Positions 17,412 to 24,000 of a stretch of 24,000 bases of DNA are shown here, piece after piece; position 1 is the stretch's first letter, and each line of letters begins with the position of its first letter. The position numbers were made by a program, and so were the translations under genes. The notes beneath the pieces are model-generated. The model was not told where the DNA came from. It did no database searches and saw only the letters and a list, made by a program, of their open reading frames with translations. The stretch comes from Waterburya sp. (GTDB taxonomy: Bacteria > Cyanobacteriota > Cyanobacteriia > Cyanobacteriales > Xenococcaceae): contig CBDCCL010000002.1 of the NCBI GenBank assembly GCA_965214815.1, forward strand, positions 610,458 to 634,457, written 5' to 3'.

Positions 17412-18575
17412 TTACAGTATCCCTACCATGTGTAAAGGACCGCTACCACTAAGCAATTCTACTAGCAAACCAATAAAGCCCAACATCGCTAGACGACCGT
17501 TCCAAACTTCGGCTGCGGTAGTAAGACCCCACTGCCATTTTTCTTGAGGATACATTTTCATGTTTTCTTTAGGATGGATGACATCGGCAAAAGAATGATG
17601 ATTTGAGTCTAAAGAGTCTACGACTATGTTTGCTAGCGAATCGATAAATCCTGGGTAAACATTGAGAGCAGGAACGCGATGAAAGTTTTCTATTCCCGCT
17701 TCTTCTGCTACTTCTCGATATTCGATATCTATTTCCTGTAGGGTTTCAATGTGTTCGGAAACAAAGCTAATTGGTACTACCGCTAAATTTTTGACTCCTT
17801 GTTTTCCTAATTCTTCTAAAGCATCATCAGTATAGGGTTTTAACCACTCTACAGGACCAACTTTACTCTGATATGCTAGGGTGTAGTTATTGGATCGCCC
17901 TAAAGTCTCCATTATGAGGCGAGTACATTCTTCAATCTGCTTTTTGTAAGGATCTCCAGCTTCTTCTACGTAGCTGACGGGAACACCATGTGCGCTAAAA
18001 AATACATGAGCGCGATCTGGATCGGGAAACTTATCTAATTCTCGATCGATCAAATCCGCCATCGATTGAAGGTAGCCAGGATGATCGTACCAAGAGGGAA
18101 TCAAGGTATAGTCTACCTGTTGCAGTACAGGATCGCTAGACCACATTTCTTCTAAAACGCGAAAGCTCGATCCGCTGGTACTAATTGAAAATTGGGGATA
18201 AAGTGGCAGTACTACTACTTGCTTGATACCATCTCTTTTGATTTGCGCGATCGCCTCTTCAGTAAAAGGATGCCAATAACGCATTCCTACATAGATTTTG
18301 ACATCCTGACCCATTTGTTCCAGCTTGTTTTCTAAAGCTTTGGCTTGAGCTTCAGTTATTTCCCTTAATGGTGAACCACCACCAATTTCTAAATAGTTTT
18401 CCTGAGATCTTTTTGCTCTCAAAGTCGAAATCAACCAAGCCAAAGGTCTTTGTAACGCCTTGACGGGTAATCTGATAATCTCAGGATCGGAAAACAAATT
18501 GTACAGAAAGGGACGGACATCTTCGATTTTGTCGGGTCCGCCTAAATTGAGTAATAAAACTCCAATACGACCCAT
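17412..18575 (-). CDS. hemH: Ferrochelatase with C-terminal Hlip/CAB-type helix
   Basis: 387 aa with the N-terminal [11 protein letters not shown] and the catalytic region FSAHGVP. The C-terminal [22 protein letters not shown] is the chlorophyll-binding-like motif typical of cyanobacterial and plastid type II ferrochelatase. Confidence 0.96.
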   Translation of the reverse strand: MGRIGVLLLNLGGPDKIEDVRPFLYNLFSDPEIIRLPVKALQRPLAWLISTLRAKRSQENYLEIGGGSPLREITEAQAKALENKLEQMGQDVKIYVGMRYWHPFTEEAIAQIKRDGIKQVVVLPLYPQFSISTSGSSFRVLEEMWSSDPVLQQVDYTLIPSWYDHPGYLQSMADLIDRELDKFPDPDRAHVFFSAHGVPVSYVEEAGDPYKKQIEECTRLIMETLGRSNNYTLAYQSKVGPVEWLKPYTDDALEELGKQGVKNLAVVPISFVSEHIETLQEIDIEYREVAEEAGIENFHRVPALNVYPGFIDSLANIVVDSLDSNHHSFADVIHPKENMKMYPQEKWQWGLTTAAEVWNGRLAMLGFIGLLVELLSGSGPLHMVGIL

Positions 18576-18817
18576 AGTTCTAATAGCTTATTTAAATTTT
18601 CAGTTTCTTTACTAATTTTAACAATATATCTTTTCTTTAGGATCTACTGTTTCCTCTACACAGAACTTAACCGAGCTGATACCTATGTTTGAAGCCCTTT
18701 ATACTGCTATAGCTTATGTGAATAGCGATCGCGATTTATATTTCAAGCTAATCTACTCTTAAATCGATAAGATAGTTTGGGTTAAAAGACAATCTACTAT
18801 CATTTTTTTGCATTATT

Positions 18818-19363
18818 ATGATAACTAATTTATTACAGCCAAATCTAGTTTTAGGCAATACCATTTTTAATTTGACTCCACAAATATTGAGTCAGCATAA
18901 TATTAATGGATTAATTCTAGATGTAGATGAAACCTTAGTTCCTTTTAAGCAAAAAGAAGCTTCTATCGAACTACAGCAATGGATTGCCGAGATCGGTCAA
19001 GATACTCCTATCTGGTTAGTCAGTAATAACATTAGTCAAGCTCGTATTAGCGACATTGCTAAATCCGTCAATCTACCATTTATTTTTGCTGCAAAAAAAC
19101 CCTCTCGTCGCAAATTGAGACAAGCAGCGCAAGCTATGGATTTACCCGTAGAACAAGTCGCTATGGTAGGCGATCGCCTTTTCACAGATGTTTTAGCTGG
19201 TAATCGTCTGGGAATGTTTACTATTCTGGTCGAGCCGATGGTAGATCCCTTAGCGGTAGCTCGTTCTCATCCTATTCGAGATTTTGAAATTTGGTTTTCC
19301 GAGCTTATAGGGATATCTTTGGTAAGCTCTTTAGACGATGTGATAAAAAACAACAATTCTTAA
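18818..19363 (+). CDS. YqeG-family HAD subfamily IIIA phosphatase
   Basis: 181 aa with the HAD motif I LILDVDETLVP, the motif II-like VSNN and the motif IV MVGDRLFTDVLAGN. Confidence 0.85.
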   Translation: MITNLLQPNLVLGNTIFNLTPQILSQHNINGLILDVDETLVPFKQKEASIELQQWIAEIGQDTPIWLVSNNISQARISDIAKSVNLPFIFAAKKPSRRKLRQAAQAMDLPVEQVAMVGDRLFTDVLAGNRLGMFTILVEPMVDPLAVARSHPIRDFEIWFSELIGISLVSSLDDVIKNNNS

Positions 19364-19434
19364 TTTATCAAAATATAAAGAAAATATAAAGAAAAAAGGA
19401 GAGTAAAAAAAAATCTGAGAATATAATCAAAGAT

Positions 19435-19737
19435 TTAAATGAGGTCAGCATATATAAAGACCTCAAGCATATTTAATAAACCATATATACGAAATAGGTA
19501 CTGAAGTCGATCTAGGTTGGCTTCAGTACCATTTATATTTTTAATTTCTTGCCGTTGGTAGAAACAATTAATTGTAAGTCTTAAAAATAAACGCGATTGC
19601 CACAAATCAATAAACTGGCTTAGAGTAGACGAGTCTGGGGTTGCTACTACGATATCTTTAAGGCGATCCGAAATACAGTTAAATGACAAGCAAAGTACAA
19701 TTATGACTTTACCTTCAATCTTTAAGTTCCATAGCAT
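19435..19737 (-). CDS. Hypothetical 100-aa protein (orphan ORF in an AT-rich spacer)
   Basis: A 303-nt stop-free frame is unlikely by chance in about 35% GC sequence, and no competing gene lies on the other strand. It has no SD and no homology I recognise. Confidence 0.35.
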   Translation of the reverse strand: MLWNLKIEGKVIIVLCLSFNCISDRLKDIVVATPDSSTLSQFIDLWQSRLFLRLTINCFYQRQEIKNINGTEANLDRLQYLFRIYGLLNMLEVFIYADLI

Positions 19738-19847
19738 AAAAAATAATTTCTATTGAATTAAGAGCCTGGTAGAGACGCACCCACACGATCGCGATCGCCA
19801 GGATGATTGGTTAAACTACCAATATCAGATTGAATGAATCAAATTAT

Positions 19848-20861
19848 ATGAAAAAAGCTGTCTACCGTATTTTGGATGCTAATCTCGATCGCTCTAGAGA
19901 AGGATTGAGAATAATCGAAGAGTGGTGTCGCTTGGGCTTAAATAATCAGCCTTTAGCCGAAGAATGTAAAAACATCCGTCAAGAGTTAGCGCAGTGGCAT
20001 AGTTGGGAACTGCGTCAGGCGAGAGATACCCCTAATGATGTCGGGACAGGTTTATCTCATCCTCAAGAAGAAGTACGAGAGAGTATCGAACAGTTGCTTC
20101 AGGCGAACCTGTGCCGATCGCAAGAAGCTTTAAGAGTGTTAGAAGAATATAGTAAGCTTTACGAACCGAAAATGTCTACAGTTTGTAAGCAGTTGCGTTA
20201 CCGCGTCTACACGATAGAAAGTACTCTATTTAACAATTATCGCCAGCAACAGCTAAATAGCGCACCACTGTATCTAGTCACCTCCCCCGAACCAGAAATT
20301 CTCAAAACGGTAGAAGCAGCCCTTAAAGGTGGTCTGACCTTGGTACAGTATCGTGATAAAGATGGTAAAGACAGCGATCGCCTGGAAAAAGCCCATCAAC
20401 TATGTCAGCTATGTCATCGTTACAATGCTCTGTTTATCGTTAACGATCGAGTCGATATCGCTCTTGCGGTAGATGCCGATGGAGTCCATTTAGGTCAGCA
20501 GGATGCACCTGTAGCTTTTGCTCGCGAAATATTAGGGACGCACAAAATTGTCGGTCGTTCTACTACTAACAAACAAGAGCTAAACAAAGCGATTGCCGAA
20601 CGCGCTGACTACGTAGGAGTTGGGCCATTTTACGAAACTCCAACCAAGCCAGGTAAGCAAGCAGTAGGAATCGAATATATAGATTATGTTAAAGCCAAAT
20701 GCCCCGTTCCTTGGTTTGCGATTGGTGGGATCGGTATGGACAATTTAGATGCAGTTCTAACCACAGGCGCACAGAGAGTAGCAGTGGTTCGCGCTATCAT
20801 GCAAGCAGAGCAGCCCACTCAAGTTACTCGCCAATTCTTGTCACAATTGATAAGACGGTAA
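19848..20861 (+). CDS. thiE: Thiamine-phosphate synthase, long cyanobacterial form with an N-terminal extra domain
   Basis: The C-terminal half has ThiE motifs (LVQYRDKD, VNDRVDIALAVDADGVHLGQQD, IGGI). The N-terminal ~130 aa (RILDANLDRSREGLRIIEEW) is the extension typical of cyanobacterial ThiE. I prefer the ATG at 19848 over the TTG at 19830 used by the ORF track. Confidence 0.9.
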   Translation: MKKAVYRILDANLDRSREGLRIIEEWCRLGLNNQPLAEECKNIRQELAQWHSWELRQARDTPNDVGTGLSHPQEEVRESIEQLLQANLCRSQEALRVLEEYSKLYEPKMSTVCKQLRYRVYTIESTLFNNYRQQQLNSAPLYLVTSPEPEILKTVEAALKGGLTLVQYRDKDGKDSDRLEKAHQLCQLCHRYNALFIVNDRVDIALAVDADGVHLGQQDAPVAFAREILGTHKIVGRSTTNKQELNKAIAERADYVGVGPFYETPTKPGKQAVGIEYIDYVKAKCPVPWFAIGGIGMDNLDAVLTTGAQRVAVVRAIMQAEQPTQVTRQFLSQLIRR

Positions 20862-20885
20862 TTACTCCAATGGTCAGCTAGATAT

Positions 20886-21107
20886 ATGTTTAATACAACC
20901 AATACAATTAATATACAGGTAAACGGAGAACCCCATACCTGCGAAGCGAAAACTTATTTACCAGAGTTGCTGGTAGGACTAGAACTCAACCCCCGTCTGA
21001 TCGCCGTAGAATACAACGGGGAAATTTTACATCGTCAGTATTGGGATCGTACTCAGATGCAGTCGGGCGATCGCCTAGAAATCGTGACCATTGTTGGTGG
21101 CGGATAA
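20886..21107 (+). CDS. thiS: Sulfur carrier protein ThiS
   Basis: 73 aa with a beta-grasp-like sequence ending in the diagnostic C-terminal GG (IVTIVGGG). It lies directly downstream of thiE. Confidence 0.9.
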   Translation: MFNTTNTINIQVNGEPHTCEAKTYLPELLVGLELNPRLIAVEYNGEILHRQYWDRTQMQSGDRLEIVTIVGGG

Positions 21108-21194
21108 ATATTGTCAACCCAACAGCGCGCCTTTAGTAAGACGGCTTACGTTGACTAGATCGATTATAGAAAAAGGATTAACACAACAAGTTTT

Positions 21195-22172
21195 ATGAAG
21201 ATGATTTTTAAACGGAAATTTTGGCTCAAATCTATTGTTGCCTTGGGACTAGTAGGTGTCCTCGTATTAGGTAATGCGAGTACTGCTATGGCTGCCCGTA
21301 GTGGGGGTAGAATTGGCGGTGGTTCGTTCCGCGCTCCTTCTAGGAGTTACTCCACTCCTCGCGGTGGTGGCTACGGTGGTGGCTACGGTGGTGGCTACAG
21401 AACCCCTGGCTATGGCTATGGAGGTGGCGGTTTTGGTTTTCCCTTCCTGCTGCCCTTTATTGGCTTTGGCGGTGGCGGTTTGTTCTCCGTCATAATCTTT
21501 TTTGCCTTGGCTAACTTTTTAGTACGCGCCTTCCGTAGTGCGGGATTTAGTGAAGATGGTGGTTCTGGAGGCTATGGCAGCACTTCTAAAGTATCTGTCG
21601 CTCAGGTGCAGGTAGGCTTGTTGGCTAACGCTCGTGAATTACAGCCCGAACTAAACCGTTTAGCATTAACAGCCGATACTAGTTCGGCATCAGGTAGAGC
21701 TACCGTAGTTCAAGAAGCTAGTTTAGCTTTATTACGACACCCAGAATACTGGGTATACGGCGCGACTGATTCTCAGAAAACTAGTCTAGAAGCAGCAGAA
21801 GCTAAGTTCAATCAGTTAGCTTTAACCGAACGCAGTAAGTTTACCGATGAAACTTTAAGTAATGTAGACAGCGTAATTAGCGAAGAGTCTCAGAAAGCCT
21901 TGGAAGGCAACACCGAAGAAGGAGCAATTCAACTAAAAGAAGGTGATTCGGGCGAATATATTATAGCTACGATAATTGTTGGCGCGACTGGTAATCTAGA
22001 TCTACCTAAGATTAATGGAACTGACGATCTACGCCAAGCATTGCAACAAGTAGGTGGTATTGGTAGCGATCGCCTATTAGCCGTAGAAATTCTCTGGACA
22101 CCTCAAGCAGATGGCGACACTCTATCTTCTGATGATATTTTGGCTTACTACCCCAATTTAAAGTTAGTCTAG
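21195..22172 (+). CDS. Gly-rich membrane protein, DUF1517-like (FLAP1-like)
   Basis: 325 aa comprising a signal/TM segment, a GGGYGGGYGGGY low-complexity region, a Gly-rich TM segment FPFLLPFIGFGGGGLFSVIIFF and a conserved soluble C-terminal domain. The family assignment is from memory. Confidence 0.85.
   Translation: MKMIFKRKFWLKSIVALGLVGVLVLGNASTAMAARSGGRIGGGSFRAPSRSYSTPRGGGYGGGYGGGYRTPGYGYGGGGFGFPFLLPFIGFGGGGLFSVIIFFALANFLVRAFRSAGFSEDGGSGGYGSTSKVSVAQVQVGLLANARELQPELNRLALTADTSSASGRATVVQEASLALLRHPEYWVYGATDSQKTSLEAAEAKFNQLALTERSKFTDETLSNVDSVISEESQKALEGNTEEGAIQLKEGDSGEYIIATIIVGATGNLDLPKINGTDDLRQALQQVGGIGSDRLLAVEILWTPQADGDTLSSDDILAYYPNLKLV
21363..21398 (+). repeat. Perfect 3 x 12-bp tandem repeat GGTGGTGGCTAC inside the DUF1517-like CDS
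   Basis: Read directly from the sequence. It encodes (GGGY)x3. Confidence 0.95.
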
Positions 22173-22402
22173 ATTAAATCACGCGATCGAGGGTTTTAAT
22201 CTCCAGTACCATCTCGAACTATAAATAGTTAGCTTTACAACCCTGCTCTCTTCTGAGTGGGGTTTCGGCATTTTAGACTATCTTTCCAACACGAAATCTG
22301 GATAAATGGTTAAGAAAACTGGTACATTTAAATATAGTTAAATGTGGTTTTATATTAATAAACCTTTTAAATAAATTAATAGCTCTTAGGAGAAATAAAA
22401 TT

Positions 22403-22522
22403 ATGGATTGGCGAGTAGTAGTAGTATTAGCACCTTTAGCGATCGCTGCTAGCTGGGCTATATTTAATATTGGTAGTGCTGCCCTGGCGCAAGTACAAAA
22501 ATACTTCGATAAAGAAGGATAA
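22403..22522 (+). CDS. psbY: Photosystem II protein Y
   Basis: The 39-aa [42 protein letters not shown] closely matches the PsbY pattern MDWRV...PL.IA..WA..NIG.AA as I recall it. The SD-like AGGAGA lies 9 nt upstream and a terminator lies downstream. It is missed by the ORF track because it is under 60 aa. Confidence 0.85.
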   Translation: MDWRVVVVLAPLAIAASWAIFNIGSAALAQVQKYFDKEG

Positions 22523-22567
22523 ACCACAGTGTAGCTGTTGTATGTTTTAATAAAATAGAATCTTGTG

Positions 22568-22613
22568 ACCGACTTAATACTTTGATACTATGCTGGTATT
22601 GGTCGGTTTTTTT
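22568..22613 (+). terminator. Rho-independent terminator of psbY
   Basis: The stem ACCGAC(TT)AATAC (22568-22580) pairs with GTATTGGTCGGT (22596-22607) with a small bulge. A T7 run (22607-22613) follows, beginning with the final T of the right arm. Confidence 0.6.
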
Positions 22614-22679
22614 AATGGACAAAAATTTATTTTTTAGCGACCCGTAGCTGCGAGATCATTAGAATAAAAAAGATTAATT

Positions 22680-22730
22680 AGTCCCCCAGTCCCCCAGTCC
22701 CCCAGTCCCCTAATTCCCCAGTCCCCCAGC
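22680..22730. repeat. STRR-like octamer tandem array (AGTCCCCC)n; the complementary strand is G-rich
   Basis: There are six consecutive 8-bp units: four perfect AGTCCCCC and two degenerate (AGTCCCCT, AATTCCCC). The minus strand reads GGGGGACT repeats. Confidence 0.9.
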
Positions 22731-22757
22731 CTTTACCATCCCATGAAGATACAACGC

Positions 22758-23447
22758 CTATTTTTTACCTCGGTTACGATAAAAATCGCTCAACTTAGTA
22801 GGCGAAATACCCAAATAATAACCTACTATAATTGCTTGATTGATTAGAGTAGTTTTCCAGACTCCTAGTTTCTGCCAACGTCTGCCGGAAGTAGTTACCG
22901 TTGCAGGAGCGATCGCAATCCCCTTTCCAATTCGTTTGATAAATTCAAAATCTTCCATAATTGGTAGATCGGCAAATCCACCCGAATTAATAAAAGCCCT
23001 TTTAGAAATAAAGATTGCCTGATCGCCGTAGGGTAGAGAGAATAAATGCGATCGCATTTTGACTAATAATTCTATCCATCTTAAAGATTTAGCCTCCCCA
23101 TCTATAGCTAGTTCAAACGCCCCCGCTATCACACTATCTGGTTCTAAAGTTTTAATCACCAATTCTACAAAATTTGAGGGTAGTTTAGTATCTGCATGAA
23201 GAAATAACAGAATATCTCCAAGGGCAATATTTGCTCCTGCATTCATTTGAGCAGCCCTACCTTTTTGAGGAACGCTAATTACCTTAACTCCAGTTTGGAT
23301 AGCCACCGCTACAGTATTGTCCTGACTTCCCCCATCAACTACGATTATTTCTACCTGAGAAGACCTGTGTAGCTCATTTAAAATTGGTTGAATTATCTCT
23401 GCCTCATTTAATACTGGGATAATGATGCTGATAATATATTGAGTCAT
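22758..23447 (-). CDS. Family 2 glycosyltransferase (TIGR04283-like)
   Basis: ISIIIPVLNE, IIVVDGGSQDNT and LFLHADTKLP are typical GT2 motifs. The ORF track starts at 23501, but I prefer the ATG at 23447 (MTQYIISIIIPVLNE) because a plus-strand CDS begins at 23457. Confidence 0.85.
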   Translation of the reverse strand: MTQYIISIIIPVLNEAEIIQPILNELHRSSQVEIIVVDGGSQDNTVAVAIQTGVKVISVPQKGRAAQMNAGANIALGDILLFLHADTKLPSNFVELVIKTLEPDSVIAGAFELAIDGEAKSLRWIELLVKMRSHLFSLPYGDQAIFISKRAFINSGGFADLPIMEDFEFIKRIGKGIAIAPATVTTSGRRWQKLGVWKTTLINQAIIVGYYLGISPTKLSDFYRNRGKK

Positions 23448-23456
23448 GTTCAAACT

Positions 23457-24000
23457 ATGAAAGACAATACTCAAGGCGATCGATTTCAAATTGCCAGACA
23501 ATACTTATTAAGTATTAGTTTAGTTTGTTTAATACTTCTGAGTTCTACCACAACAGCGTTTGCAGCAGATTTAGCAGATCGTATCGAACAATTTCCCCAA
23601 TGGAACGCTAAACCTTCAATTAAGCTTGCCAAAGGAGATTTAGAATATCCTGAGTGGATGTCGGGAACTTGGAATGTTAAGAGTACTTTAGTAGAACAAG
23701 TTGCACCTCTAGCACCAGATATAGTTACTCCTGGATTTGAAGACAATCAAGACTACATAGACAAAGAAATTAGTTTTCAGGTTAGATTTGGCAAATACGA
23801 TCTTGCTCCTAAAGGATTTTTGTCAGCATTCAAAACTCAACCTACCGTAGTGGCAGATCGAGCATTTAACGGTCAGAAAATCGCTGAGGCATATTTGGGA
23901 GAGGATAACGTATATCGAGTTAAGGTAGATCCAGATAATCCCAATCAGCAAATAACTTTTCTTAAAGGCGATCGCAAATTAATTTCTAAAATAACCAGAC
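23457..24000 (+). CDS. Secreted hypothetical protein, 3'-truncated by the window edge
   Basis: 181 stop-free codons run from ATG 23457 to the edge. The N-terminus MKDNTQGDRFQIARQYLLSISLVCLILLSSTTTAFAADL looks like a signal peptide with an AFA-A cleavage site. It is absent from the ORF track because it is open-ended. Confidence 0.7.
   Translation, partial: MKDNTQGDRFQIARQYLLSISLVCLILLSSTTTAFAADLADRIEQFPQWNAKPSIKLAKGDLEYPEWMSGTWNVKSTLVEQVAPLAPDIVTPGFEDNQDYIDKEISFQVRFGKYDLAPKGFLSAFKTQPTVVADRAFNGQKIAEAYLGEDNVYRVKVDPDNPNQQITFLKGDRKLISKITR

Noticed and set aside
19738-19847. Possible TPP (THI-box) riboswitch upstream of thiE
   Set aside because: I looked for the conserved CUGAGA plus ACCUGAUCUGGAUAAUGCCAGCG-type core and did not find it. 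Only short hairpins are present (CCTGG...CCAGG, ATTGGT-N6-ACCAAT). An Infernal/Rfam scan would settle it.
19830-19847. TTG start for thiE as given in the ORF track
   Set aside because: An in-frame ATG at 19848 gives the N-terminus MKKAVYRILDANLDR, which matches how this protein family usually begins. The six extra codons are probably not translated.
22273-22527. 84-aa minus-strand ORF
   Set aside because: It is replaced by psbY on the plus strand, which has a recognisable PsbY sequence, an SD and a terminator. The minus-strand translation is motif-free.
22680-22730. Tandem array considered as a CRISPR array
   Set aside because: The units are 8 bp with no spacers and no cas genes in the window. 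It is a simple STRR-type tandem repeat.
22840-23746. ORFs 22840-23022 (+) and 23486-23746 (-)
   Set aside because: The first is antisense within the GT2 gene. The second is antisense to the 181-codon open-ended plus-strand CDS, which has a convincing signal peptide.

Overview
The window reads as a core chromosomal segment of an AT-rich cyanobacterium. Diagnostics are at least 24 copies of the HIP1 octamer GCGATCGC counted by eye, psbA, psbY, a ferrochelatase with a C-terminal Hlip/CAB helix, and CPP1-like and DUF1517-like proteins. There are about 26 protein-coding genes, almost all housekeeping. In order they are pstC-pstA (no pstS or pstB), prxQ/bcp, a J-like membrane protein, a small DUF2839-like protein, a KaiC-family double ATPase translationally coupled to a histidine kinase, pyrG and mtnP. 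These are followed by an NTF2-like secreted protein, psbA, a secreted OB-repeat orphan, a Uma2-family nuclease, sfsA, a UDG-superfamily protein, rpe and hemH. The last group is a YqeG-type HAD phosphatase, thiE, thiS, a Gly-rich DUF1517-like protein, psbY, a GT2 glycosyltransferase and an edge-truncated secreted protein. I found no rRNA, tRNA, CRISPR array, transposase, integrase or recognisable defence gene. Three CDS are absent from the supplied ORF track: psbY (39 aa, hidden under a spurious antisense ORF) and two ORFs open at the window edges. The most system-like candidate is the stand-alone KaiC-like ATPase plus pseudo-receiver histidine kinase pair (4595-7232), which has no kaiA or kaiB nearby and an altered catalytic and phosphosite pattern. 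Secondary curiosities are two inverted copies of a GC-rich MITE-like element bracketing a 3.3-kb psbA-containing segment, an STRR-like octamer array with G-quadruplex potential, and several GC-rich palindromic elements in AT-rich spacers. I do not see compelling evidence for a wholly new multi-gene system. The findings below are leads, not demonstrations.
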